Assembly (NCBI GenBank): GCA_963808855.1
Contig: CAWEHA010000003.1
Span: 55,315 to 119,314, forward strand
Length of the DNA: 64,000 nucleotides
From: an uncultured Actinomycetota bacterium
GTDB lineage: Bacteria > Actinomycetota > Actinomycetes > Propionibacteriales > Nocardioidaceae
Reading direction: 5' to 3'
Within the stretch, counting starts at the first letter, position 1; every line of letters begins with the position of its first letter. A program made the translations under genes and the position numbers. The notes below the pieces were generated by a model that saw only the letters and a program-made list of their open reading frames with translations, had not been told where the DNA came from and did no database searches. This document shows, one piece after another, positions 13,268-22,436 of the stretch.

Positions 13268-13708
13268 GTGGCGATAGACCGTTCAAGGCAGCTGTGGACT
13301 GGGGATGCTCCATCAGACCTTGACGAGTTCGTGACCGCTTTCAGCGGCGAAAGCTACCCAGCACGGAGGGTTGTCCACGCGACCTGCGCGTCATGCGGCA
13401 GCGACGGGTTCACCGTCGCTCTCGATGAGGAGGAAGGCTGCGCCGTCCGTACCTGCGTCTCATGCGGTGACGCCAAGGCACTGCTCGACTCTGAGGAGTA
13501 CGTGGACGATGCCACGTTGGAAGGTGCTGAGTGTCCGTGCGGTGGCACAACGTTCAACACCGCCGTGGGCTTCGCGTTCTACGAGGACAGCAACGACGTG
13601 AAGTGGGTCTACCTGGCCCTGCGTTGCACGCAGGACGGAGTTCTCGGTTGCTACGCCGACTGGAAGATTGGCTACGCCCCATCCGAACACCTGCTGCGCG
13701 CGGTCTAA
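13268..13708 (+). CDS. Cys-rich hypothetical protein (putative double zinc ribbon)
   Basis: CASC, CVSC, CPCG, RC..GC motifs; ends WKIGYAPSEHLLRAV; GTG 13268 in frame with track ORF 12929..13708. Confidence 0.7.
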   Translation: MAIDRSRQLWTGDAPSDLDEFVTAFSGESYPARRVVHATCASCGSDGFTVALDEEEGCAVRTCVSCGDAKALLDSEEYVDDATLEGAECPCGGTTFNTAVGFAFYEDSNDVKWVYLALRCTQDGVLGCYADWKIGYAPSEHLLRAV

Positions 13709-13842
13709 CCGAACGTCCGACCATGGCTCCCCTCTGTGTCAAGCAGGGGTGGCGATTGGTGGTTCTAGGATCGGTGGTGGCGGGTCCGGGAAGTGACTTG
13801 TCCGAAGAGCCGGTGTGGGGATGTGAGCCGGTCGCGCTGGAG

Positions 13843-14955
13843 TCAGAGTCGTTGCCCCGTTGTCCTCCCGGGCCCGTCACCTCGCCCGGTCGTCGGCTGA
13901 GCGCTGATGTCGTTGAGGGCGTCGTCGAGCATGGTGCGGTAGACGATGTCGGACAGTCGGCGTTTCAGGCAGCGCATCGCCTCCATCGAGGACTTCCCGG
14001 CGAGCTTCTTGCGGTCGTAGTAGTCGCGGCCCGGGGACGGGTTGCGCAGCTGGACGACGGCCATGATGTGCAGGACGTGGTTGATCTGCCGGTTCCCGGC
14101 CCGTGACAGCCGGTGGCGCACCGCGTCTCCCGAGGAGGCGTCGATGGGTGCGGTGCCGTTCCAGGACGCGAAGTGGCCGCGGTCGGGGAACCGGGTGATG
14201 TCGCCGACCTCGACCAGGATCCGGGCCGCGCCCGGGGGGCCGATGCCGTTGAGGTCCATCAACGTCGACCCGGTCGCGGCCACGAGCTCACGCAGCTCCT
14301 TGTCGACGGCCTTCTTGCGCGCATAGACCCGCTCGAGGTCCGCGACCAGCTCGGCCGCGACCCGGCGGCGGGTCTTGCCCGCGACGTCGCGGGGCCGCAC
14401 CTTCGCCAGCAGCGCCTTGGCCTGGGCCGCGGAGAGGTCCTTCTTCGCCCCGCCGGGGATCAGCTCGACCAGCAGGCGATGGATCTGCGAGGTCATCCGG
14501 GTGTGGTCCTCACCCAGCGACCGACGCCGGTCGACCAGGACCCGCAGCGCCGCGAGCTGCTCGTCATCCACCACCGGCCGCAGCCCGGCCATCCGGGTCC
14601 CGACCAGCGCGACGGAGTGGGCGTCGGTGGCGTCGGTCTTGCGGCCGTGACCGGTCGCGAACACCCGCGCTCGCGCTGAGAGCTTCGGCGGCACGTCGAC
14701 GACCTGCTCGCCGGCAGCTAGCAGCCGGACCGCGACGTGATGGCCGATCCCGTTGCACCCCTCGACCGCCCACACCCGGTGCTCGAGTGCCGGCTGGATC
14801 TCGTTGACGTAACGCCTCATCGCGGCGAACCCGGCCTTGTCGGTGGCGAACCGACCTTCGCCCAGCTTGATGCCGGACCCGTCGACGGCCTCGATCGTGG
14901 CCGACAACTTGTGCGGATCGACCCCGATGATCACCTGCTGGTTGCTGCTCAACAC
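13843..14955 (-). CDS. IS110 transposase/recombinase
   Basis: IGVDPHK, AVEG, KTDATDA (DEDD RuvC-like), IDASSG...RAGNRQIN C-terminal Tnp domain. Confidence 0.95.
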   Translation of the reverse strand: MLSSNQQVIIGVDPHKLSATIEAVDGSGIKLGEGRFATDKAGFAAMRRYVNEIQPALEHRVWAVEGCNGIGHHVAVRLLAAGEQVVDVPPKLSARARVFATGHGRKTDATDAHSVALVGTRMAGLRPVVDDEQLAALRVLVDRRRSLGEDHTRMTSQIHRLLVELIPGGAKKDLSAAQAKALLAKVRPRDVAGKTRRRVAAELVADLERVYARKKAVDKELRELVAATGSTLMDLNGIGPPGAARILVEVGDITRFPDRGHFASWNGTAPIDASSGDAVRHRLSRAGNRQINHVLHIMAVVQLRNPSPGRDYYDRKKLAGKSSMEAMRCLKRRLSDIVYRTMLDDALNDISAQPTTGRGDGPGRTTGQRL

Positions 14956-14989
14956 CCACCTCCCAAACGGACCGCGTCCTCGAACGAGG

Positions 14990-15193
14990 ACCTGAGGACG
15001 GTCGGGTGGGCAGTGCTACTAAGAGCAGAGCAGTCCCTTCTCGAGCCACACCAGACCAGCGGTGACCAGCCGGTCGCAGACCATGGAAGAGCCACACCGT
15101 GCCGGTGGGCAGCCGCACGCGAGAGCCGCCGACCAGTCGCCTAGACCGCAGTCTGGCCAGACCCCGATCCTGCCGTCGAGTCTCTAGTAGCCG
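14990..15193 (-). ncRNA. Predicted IS110 bridge/seek RNA
   Basis: Segments 15129-35 and 15146-52 match the reconstituted target; 15089-94 and 15111-17 match the donor junction; boundaries approximate. Confidence 0.7.
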
Positions 15194-15307
15194 CACTGCG
15201 GGACCGGTGCTCCGTCCGACGGGTCGCCGGGCGGGTCGGCTAAACCTCGCCGAGCGCCATCATGACCGCCTTCGGGTCTGCGACTGGGACCACACCGGGC
15301 GCGTACT

Positions 15308-15637
15308 TCAGCGGGACGCCGCCGCGTCCGTGACGCAGAGCACCGCCCAGGGCAGTGCCTCGAGCCGACCTCCGGGGATCTCGTCGCCGCACACGTCGCA
15401 GCGCCCGTAGGTGTCGTCGTCCAGCTTCTCGAGCGCTCGGAGGACGTCGCGCCTGACCACCTGCATGTTGTCGTGGACGGCGACCTGGGAGAGCCGGTCG
15501 ACCGCCATCTGGGTGCCGTCGCCGACCCGCTTGCCGAAAGAGATGTTCTCCGAGTCGGTTGGGGGCGCGGACATGATGCCCATCGCGTTGTCGATCTCGG
15601 CGAGCTTGACGGTCAGGGTCGTGCGGACGTCGCCCAT
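15308..15637 (-). CDS. TraR/DksA-type zinc finger protein
   Basis: RALEKLDDDTYGRCDVCGDEIPGGRLEALPWAVLC. Confidence 0.88.
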   Translation of the reverse strand: MGDVRTTLTVKLAEIDNAMGIMSAPPTDSENISFGKRVGDGTQMAVDRLSQVAVHDNMQVVRRDVLRALEKLDDDTYGRCDVCGDEIPGGRLEALPWAVLCVTDAAASR

Positions 15638-15786
15638 CCCGCCAGCATGTCCTACGCCCCACGGAAGAGTCCTCCCTGCGGGTCGACGAGCGCTCGAGAA
15701 TTGACCGCTTGTCCCTGCGCCGAAGGCCGCCAAGTCGTTTGCTCTTGTCGCGACCAGGGCGGTCGTGCCGACGTGCGGGCGGAGGA

Positions 15787-16167
15787 TCAGTCGCCCGCAG
15801 CCCAGCGAGTCACATCGTGACTCTCGTAAGTCCTCGACTCCGTTTCGAGCGCGGTGGTGCATTCGACGGCCAGCATCCCGCGCTTCCCGTGATCAAGACG
15901 CAGTGTTAGTCGCGCAGCGGTCACGGTGCCAGCGGGCACTCCGTCGCGGTCGAATCGATCCCTCAGCCAACGGCTCGTCTCGTCCGCTATCTCAAGCGTG
16001 GGCGACAGTTCAAGGCCCTCGATGGTCGTCGTCCCCGTCAGGAGATCGACGGTGACAACCGAACCAGACGACAAGTCGCGGAGTCGTGGGAGGTCGCCGT
16101 ACAGCCTCCATCCGCACGCGATCTGCGTCGGCGTATTCGCAAGGTCTTTCAGCAGCCCACGACGCAC
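15787..16167 (-). CDS. Hypothetical protein
   Basis: 126 aa ORF with normal globular composition; no recognised motif. Confidence 0.5.
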   Translation of the reverse strand: MRRGLLKDLANTPTQIACGWRLYGDLPRLRDLSSGSVVTVDLLTGTTTIEGLELSPTLEIADETSRWLRDRFDRDGVPAGTVTAARLTLRLDHGKRGMLAVECTTALETESRTYESHDVTRWAAGD

Positions 16168-16301
16168 AAGGCAGGACGATAGCTAGGGCGCTAGAAAGGC
16201 GTGGGTGGAAACACCCGGACATGTCACTGTCGGCTCCGCCCGACCATGCCGCCCTGAGCTCGCGGTCGTGCCGAGAGTCGGTGGGCGGAGTGGTGCTGTC
16301 G

Positions 16302-16586
16302 TCAGCCGGCGACGTGTCCGTCGACCACATGCAGATGCTCGGTGTGACCAGGTGAGAAGGCTGCGATGTGCTGCGGTGTCCCGTGGTGATCGCGGCTCGG
16401 CTTGAAACGCCCACGGGCGACGGCATCGTCAAAGGCCCCAATGCCGACCGGGTACTCAGTGACAAGGCCCGTGAGGCTGTGTCGTTCAACCCACGCGAGC
16501 GCCTGCTCTTTGCTGGCGAAGACGCCGGCAGCGTGGCGCGCCCCATCACCGTGGAAGATCCAGACGGACTCAGGCGCATCGCTCAT
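16302..16586 (-). CDS. Small conserved hypothetical protein (94 aa)
   Basis: MSDAPESVWIFHGDGARHAAGVFASKEQALAWVERHSLTGLVTEYPVG...; hidden at the tail of track ORF 16302..17831. Confidence 0.7.
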   Translation of the reverse strand: MSDAPESVWIFHGDGARHAAGVFASKEQALAWVERHSLTGLVTEYPVGIGAFDDAVARGRFKPSRDHHGTPQHIAAFSPGHTEHLHVVDGHVAG

Positions 16587-16729
16587 CCGAGCGATGCTTG
16601 CAGAAGCCGCTCGACGATGCCGCGCTGCGGGCTCCGCCCGACCTTGCCGCGTTGCGGCCAATCGCCTCGGGCAGTCAAACGGCACCGCGGTAGGACTCGG
16701 CGTTGGCCATGCGGGCATCTGAACCGATC

Positions 16730-17929
16730 TCACGTTCGTCTCGGCGGACTCGGTGGGTCGCGGTGGGCGAGGGTGTGGTGGCGGGGGCAGAGGATGTCGG
16801 CGTCTTTCAGGTTGGTCTTGCCGCCGCGGCTCCAGGGCTTCTTGTGGTGGACGTGGCACAGCCAGGCGGGGACGTCGCAGGTCGGGTGTCTGGCAGTGCT
16901 TCTGGGTGATCGCGAGGGCGAGGCGTTGGGCCTCGGTGTGGAAGCGGCTGAGGCGGCCGAGGTCGAGGACGCGTGAGGGGCCGTCGAGGACGGCGGGCAC
17001 GATCCCGGCCTCGCAGGCCAACCGGCGGACGGCGCCGGCGGAGAGTCGGCTGCCGGTGTCGACGGTGGCGGCCTTGAGGCCGCCGAGCAGGGTGTCGAGG
17101 TCCATGGTGACCACGACGGTGGCGTTGATGCCGCCGGCGTGGGGGAGCTTGTCGGCCGGGTAGCGGGAGACGTACTCGGCGAAGGCCTGGCCGAGGCGGT
17201 GGTGGGTGGGTCGTTCGTGGTCGTAGGTCTCGCCGTTCGCCCGCTGGTGCTTCGGCGCGGCCATGGACATGAGCGCCTTCTTGAGCATCCCGCCCGCCAG
17301 GGCGGGGAGCGTGAACTTGCCCTTGACCTTGCCGTCGCCGGTCTCCCACATCGAGAACGACGTCGCCTTCGCGGCCTCGCGCTCCTCCGTTCCAGCAGCT
17401 CGCCCTCGTGGGCGTCGGCGGCGTCGGGGTCGACCACCTCGAGCACCCGGCGGCCGAAGGTCTTGAGGGCCTTGGCGTCGTGGTGCTCGGCCAGGGCGAC
17501 GAGGTGCTTGGTGCACTGCTCGCGCAGGTCCGGCTGGTCGGGGAGAGCGTCGACGGCTTGGCAGATCACCGTCGCCTGTTCGGGGAGCACGTGGCCGGCG
17601 GCCATCGCCTGCCGCACTGTCTGGTGCTTCTCGAGCGCGGCAGCCAGGCGGGTGTGCTTGTAGGCCGCGGGCCGGGTGGCGTTCGTGGCGTTGGCGTACC
17701 AGCCGGCGACGCCGGCGTCGTCGAGGGTGTCGGCATGGGTGAGGAGCCGGGATTCCAGCTCGGCGGCCCGGTTCATCAGATGGGTCAGCTCGACCAGGGC
17801 GTCGCGGGTCTCGGTCAGGTCCAAGGACCACGCCGGGGCGTCGGCCACTGCAGCCAGCGCGGCCTTCGCGCGCACGATCGCGGCCGGGATCGGGTGTCCC
17901 GGTGTCGGTTCATGCGGCTGGTTGGCCAT
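16730..17929 (-). CDS. DUF222 (13E12-repeat type) + HNH endonuclease; two compensating frameshifts
   Basis: VRRLACEAGIVPAVLDGPSRVLDLGR, C..P.CDVPA..CHVHHKKPWSRGGKTNL...LCPRHH; shifts near 17390 and 16888. Confidence 0.85.
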   Translation of the reverse strand: MANQPHEPTPGHPIPAAIVRAKAALAAVADAPAWSLDLTETRDALVELTHLMNRAAELESRLLTHADTLDDAGVAGWYANATNATRPAAYKHTRLAAALEKHQTVRQAMAAGHVLPEQATVICQAVDALPDQPDLREQCTKHLVALAEHHDAKALKTFGRRVLEVVDPDAADAHEGELLERRSARPRRRRRSRCGRPATARSRASSRSPPWRAGCSRRRSCPWPRRSTSGRTARPTTTNDPPTTASARPSPSTSPATRPTSSPTPAASTPPSWSPWTSTPCSAASRPPPSTPAADSPPAPSAGWPARPGSCPPSSTAPHASSTSAASAASTPRPNASPSRSPRSTARHPTCDVPAWLCHVHHKKPWSRGGKTNLKDADILCPRHHTLAHRDPPSPPRRT

Positions 17930-18151
17930 GGGTCTACTCAAGCACTCGCCACCGACAGTTCTGGGCTCGTATCTGGCTCAACCACAGGGGTTTCGGTCAC
18001 GAGGTGGTAACGATCTCGGCTGCTCGAAATGCCTCCTCGTCCCGGGTTGCCTCGCCGTCGATTGGTGAGCCGAGCGCCGTCACCTCGTCGTCGATCTTGC
18101 GGTCGGATCCGGCCCCGAGCGTCTCCGTCGTCCTTGCGTTGTCGTGGGGTG

Positions 18152-18225
18152 GCATCGACCCGTCACAAACTGCAGAGCCGTCCCTCGAACGGTGCTGTCC
18201 CTGCCAGTTTGTGACGGGTCGATGC
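18152..18225. repeat. Perfect 21-bp inverted repeat, 32-bp spacer
   Basis: gcatcgacccgtcacaaactg (18152-72) / cagtttgtgacgggtcgatgc (18205-25). Confidence 0.9.
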
Positions 18226-18315
18226 GGGTGCGTCTCACCGTCGCCGGCACAGTTCGGTGCAGCGCGGCCGCTCACACTGCCGGTTGACCGTCGGTACGTC
18301 CTGTGGCACGGTCTC

Positions 18316-18346
18316 TGTAATCAATTACGTAATCGATTACAGGAGG
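18316..18346 (+). promoter_or_regulatory. Tandem LacI-type operator plus RBS
   Basis: TGTAATCAATTAC-GTAATCGATTACA followed by AGGAGG. Confidence 0.8.
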
Positions 18347-18351
18347 AGCGG

Positions 18352-19374
18352 ATGGCGGAGCGCGCCACGGTGAGCCGGGTGGCCGAGGCCGCTGGGGTGT
18401 CGGTGGCGTCGGTGTCGCGGGTGCTCAACGGGCTGCCGGCGAGCGACGACGTGCGGCGGCGGGTCGAGACCGCGGCCGCCGACCTCGGTTACCGGCCCAA
18501 CGCGGCCGCCCGCTCGCTCAAGGTGCAGCGCACCCATCAGCTCGCCTTCGCAGTCGCCGACGTCGGCAACCCCGTGTACGTCGAGATGATGCGCGCCGTC
18601 GAGGACGAGACCCGCGCCCGCGGCTACCGGCTGCTCGTGTCCTCCACCGGCGGCCGCACCGCCGACGTGCTCGACCTGCTCGACAGCCTCGGCCACGGCT
18701 ACGCCGACGGCCTGGTGCTCAGCCCATTGCGGGTGGAGCCAGCGCTGCTCGACGCGCTGCGTGCCACCGAGAAGCCGGTGGTGGTGATCGGCACCGTGCC
18801 GAAGGAGGTCGGCGTCGACAACGTGCGCGCCAACTCGGCCGGCGGGGTGCGGCTGGCGCTGGAGCACCTGCACGCGCAGGGACGCCGTCGCATCGCGTTC
18901 GTGAACGGCCCCGCCGACACCGTGCCCGGGTCCGCCCGGCACCGGGCCTTCGAGCGCACCGCCCGCGCCCTCGGCCTGGACGCCGACGACGACCTGCGGG
19001 TCGAGGCCGGCGACTTCACCCTCGTCGAGGGGCGCAAGGCCGCCGCCTCGCTGCTCGACAAGGTCACCCCCGACGCCGTGCTCGGCGGCAACGACCTGCT
19101 CGCCGTCGCCACCATGCAGGTGCTGGCCGACCGGGGCCTCGCCGTGCCGGACGACGTCGCCGTCGTGGGCATGGACGACACCGAGCTGGCCGAGGTCACC
19201 ACCCCGGGCCTCACCAGCGTGGATCTCGGGGCGGCGCAACGTGGCCGGGCCGCGGCCCAGCTCCTGCTCGACCGCCTCGACCACCCCGACCGCGAGGCCC
19301 AGCGCGTCACCGTGGCGCCCCGGCTCACGGTCCGCGGGTCGTCGCAGGGCCCTCAGGGAAGGACCACGACATGA
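18352..19374 (+). CDS. LacI family regulator
   Basis: TVSRVAEAAGVSVASVSRVLNG, LGYRPNAAARSL, PGLTSV. Confidence 0.95.
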   Translation: MAERATVSRVAEAAGVSVASVSRVLNGLPASDDVRRRVETAAADLGYRPNAAARSLKVQRTHQLAFAVADVGNPVYVEMMRAVEDETRARGYRLLVSSTGGRTADVLDLLDSLGHGYADGLVLSPLRVEPALLDALRATEKPVVVIGTVPKEVGVDNVRANSAGGVRLALEHLHAQGRRRIAFVNGPADTVPGSARHRAFERTARALGLDADDDLRVEAGDFTLVEGRKAAASLLDKVTPDAVLGGNDLLAVATMQVLADRGLAVPDDVAVVGMDDTELAEVTTPGLTSVDLGAAQRGRAAAQLLLDRLDHPDREAQRVTVAPRLTVRGSSQGPQGRTTT

Positions 19375-20311
19375 CCACCGCCCAGCTCGACGCGCCGGCC
19401 GAGCCCGCCGCGCCGCGGCGCAAGGACCGCCGGCCCGGCCGCGCGGGCGGCACCGGCGTCCAGGCCTGGCTGCTGCTCCTGCCCGCCCTCGCGCCCGTGG
19501 CGCTGTTCAGCGTCTGGCCGCTGGTGCAGGGCATCTACCTCGGCTTCACCGACTCCCGCGCCGGGCTCAACCAGGTCACCCACTTCACCGGCGTCGAGAA
19601 CTACGTCGACCTGCTGAGCAACGACCTCTTCTGGTCGTCGTTCCGCATCGGCCTGATCTGGGCGGTGTCGGTCACCGCGCTGCAGTTCGTGGCCGCCATG
19701 GGCCTCGCGCTGCTCCTCAACGCCAACCTGCGCTTCAGCTGGCTCGCCCGCACCCTCGCGCTGGTGCCGTGGGCGATGCCGCCGGTGGTGACGGCGGTGA
19801 TGTGGCGGCTGGTCTACGAGCCGCAGGCCGGCCCGGTCAGCGGCGCCAGCCAGGCGCTCGGATTCGGCCAGCTCAACCTGCTCGGCGACTTCACCACCGC
19901 GCTGCCCGCCGTCATCGTCGTGGGCGTCTGGTCCGGCATGCCGCAGACCACGATCGCCCTGCTGGCCGGCCTCCAGGGCATGGACCACACGCTCCACGAG
20001 GCCGGCGCGGTCGACGGCGCCGGCGCGTGGAGCCGGTTCCGGCACCTCACGATGCCCGAGCTCAAGCCGGTGATCATCGCGATCACCACGCTGAACTTCA
20101 TCTGGAACTTCAACACCTTCGACCTCATCTACGTGCTCACCAAGGCGGGCCCGGCGGCCAGACCCGGCTGCCGATGCTGTTCGCCTACAACGAGGCGTTC
20201 CGCTACGGGCAGTTCGGCTCGGCGGCCGCGATGGCCAACGTGATGGTGCTCGTGATCTGCGGGTTCCTCGTCTTCTACCTGCGGTCCCGGCTGAAGGGAG
20301 CCGACCGATGA
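19371..20311 (+). CDS. Carbohydrate ABC permease (apparent 1-nt deletion near 20144)
   Basis: LHEAGAVDGAGAWSRFRHLTMP EAA loop; continues in shifted frame GGPGGQTRLPMLFAYNEAF. Confidence 0.88.
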
Positions 20312-21150
20312 GCATCGGCCTCACGAGCACCCGGGCCCGCGTCGGGCAGTACGTCGCCCTCGCCGCCTACCTCGTCTTCCTCGGCTTCCCGCTGGTGTGG
20401 CTGCTCTCGACGGCGTTCAAGAGCAGCCAGGAGATCGCGCTCGGCGGCTCGGGCCTCATCCCGTCGAACCCCACGCTGAGCAACTTCGCCGACGGCATCG
20501 AGCGCGCCAACCTCTGGGAGGCCGGTCGCAACAGCCTGATCGTCGCCCTCGCGGCCACCGTGCTCACCGTCGCGGTGTCGCTGCCCGCGGCCTACTCGCT
20601 GGCGCGGTTCCGCACCGTGCTGCGGCCGATCACGCTCGGCTGGGTGCTGGTGAGCCAGGTGTTCCCGACGATCCTCGTGATCATCCCGCTGTTCCTGATC
20701 CTGCGGCAGTTCCAGCTCGACGACTCCCTGGTCGGCCTGATCATCGTCTACGTCGTGTTCACGCTGCCGTTCTGCCTGTGGATGCTCATCGGCTTCGTCT
20801 CCGCGATCCCGGTCGACCTCGAGGAGGCCGGCGCGGTCGACGGCGCCAGCCGGTTCCGCGTCCTGGTGAGCATCGTGGTGCCGCTGCTCCGACCCGGCAT
20901 CGTCGCCACCGCGATGTTCGCGTTCATCTCGGCGTGGAACGAGTTCCTCTTCGCGCTGGTGCTGATCCAGACGCCGTCCAAGGTCACGCTGCCGCTGACG
21001 CTGTCGCGCTTCACCGGCGCCGAGGGCCAGGTGCAGCTCGGCGCGCTCGCCGCCGCGGCGCTGCTGGCCACCATCCCCAGCCTGCTGTTCTTCGCGCTGA
21101 TCCAGCGCCGCCTCACCAGCGGCCTGCTCACCGGCGCGGTGAAAGGGTGA
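20308..21150 (+). CDS. Carbohydrate ABC permease
   Basis: LEEAGAVDGASRFRVL EAA loop, AWNEFLFA. Confidence 0.93.
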   Translation: MSIGLTSTRARVGQYVALAAYLVFLGFPLVWLLSTAFKSSQEIALGGSGLIPSNPTLSNFADGIERANLWEAGRNSLIVALAATVLTVAVSLPAAYSLARFRTVLRPITLGWVLVSQVFPTILVIIPLFLILRQFQLDDSLVGLIIVYVVFTLPFCLWMLIGFVSAIPVDLEEAGAVDGASRFRVLVSIVVPLLRPGIVATAMFAFISAWNEFLFALVLIQTPSKVTLPLTLSRFTGAEGQVQLGALAAAALLATIPSLLFFALIQRRLTSGLLTGAVKG

Positions 21151-21158
21151 GAACGACC

Positions 21159-22436
21159 ATGAGATCGAAGCCGATCATCACCAGCGCCGCCGCGGCCCTG
21201 ACCCTGGTCGCCAGCGGCTGCGCCACCGCCACCTACACCGGCGACCCCGACGACGACGGCGGGCCGCTGCGCTTCCAGAGCCTCGCCTTCCAGGAGACCA
21301 CCGTGAAGGTCACGAAGGAGATCGTGGACTCCTGGAACGAGGACAACCCCAACACCCAGGTCGAGCTGGTGCAGGGCAGCTGGGACTCGGTGCAGGACCA
21401 GCTCGTCACCCAGTTCCAGGGCGGCACGGCGCCCGACATCATCCAGTACGAGTCGTCGGCGATGACGACGTTCGCCCAGCAGGGCTACCTCGCCGACCTC
21501 AGCACGAGCCTCAGCCCCGAGACCCGCGACGCCGTCGACGACGACATCTGGGACACGGTCACCGTCGACGGGCAGGTGATCGCCGCGCCCACGCTGCTGC
21601 AGAGCTACGTGGTGTTCGCCAACCGCGACCTGCTCGAGCAGGCCGGCGTCGACGTGCCCGAGGGCGACACCTGGTCGTGGGACGACTTCCAGGAGGCGGC
21701 CCGGCAGACCACGCAGGGCGACGTCACCGGTGTCGGCTGGGGCCTCGCCGACCCCACCGCGGCGATGATGAGCATGAGCCTCAGCTTCGGCGCGGAGTAC
21801 TTCGAGGGAAGCGGCGACGACGCCACGATCGACGTCGGCGACGAGGAGCTCGCCCTGCCCGAGCGGATCCACGAGATGGCCTACGACGACGGCTCGCTCG
21901 ACCCGACCAGCCTCACGCAGGAGAGCTCCGACGTGCTGTCCGGCTTCCTCAACGGCCGCTACGCGATGACCGTGCAGGCCAGCTACCAGGCGCAGACCCT
22001 CACCGACTCGGCGCCGAAGGGCTTCGACTGGGTGGTGCTGCCGATGCTCGAGGACGAGAGCGCCGCGCAGGCCGCGAACCCGCAGACGCTGTCGGTGGCG
22101 GCGCAGAGCTCCGACGTCGAGGGCGCCTCGGCGTTCATCGACTACTACATGCGGGCGCAGAACCTGGGCCGGATCGCCGAGGGCGACTGGCTCATCCCCG
22201 CCACCGCCGGCGCCGCCGAGGAGGTGGAGCAGCGCACCGACGGCGCCAACGGCTGGTCGGAGGTCCTGGCCGGGCAGCAGTTCCTCGCGCCGGCGCCGTA
22301 CCAGTCTGCGACGGCCTACCCGCAGTGGAAGGACCAGATCGCGACGCCGTCGTTCCAGCGCTACCTCGCCGACGAGATCGATGCCGACGAGCTCGACGGC
22401 CAGCTCACCGACGGCTGGGAGGACGTGGCGCCGTGA
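21159..22436 (+). CDS. Sugar ABC substrate-binding lipoprotein
   Basis: Lipobox VASGC; GTAPDII; family 1 SBP layout. Confidence 0.9.
   Translation: MRSKPIITSAAAALTLVASGCATATYTGDPDDDGGPLRFQSLAFQETTVKVTKEIVDSWNEDNPNTQVELVQGSWDSVQDQLVTQFQGGTAPDIIQYESSAMTTFAQQGYLADLSTSLSPETRDAVDDDIWDTVTVDGQVIAAPTLLQSYVVFANRDLLEQAGVDVPEGDTWSWDDFQEAARQTTQGDVTGVGWGLADPTAAMMSMSLSFGAEYFEGSGDDATIDVGDEELALPERIHEMAYDDGSLDPTSLTQESSDVLSGFLNGRYAMTVQASYQAQTLTDSAPKGFDWVVLPMLEDESAAQAANPQTLSVAAQSSDVEGASAFIDYYMRAQNLGRIAEGDWLIPATAGAAEEVEQRTDGANGWSEVLAGQQFLAPAPYQSATAYPQWKDQIATPSFQRYLADEIDADELDGQLTDGWEDVAP

Larger units (their letters stand above)
13724..15193 (-). mobile_element. IS110-family insertion sequence (1470 bp, CA core duplicated at 13722-23 and 15194-95)
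   Basis: Transposase plus non-coding ends; no terminal inverted repeats; right end reads CTTGACACAGAGGGGAGCCA on the minus strand. Confidence 0.85.

Noticed and set aside
16302-17831. 509-aa ORF seeming to fuse DUF222 to a small domain
   Set aside because: Artefact of the frameshifted DUF222 middle reading through to a separate 94-aa gene.
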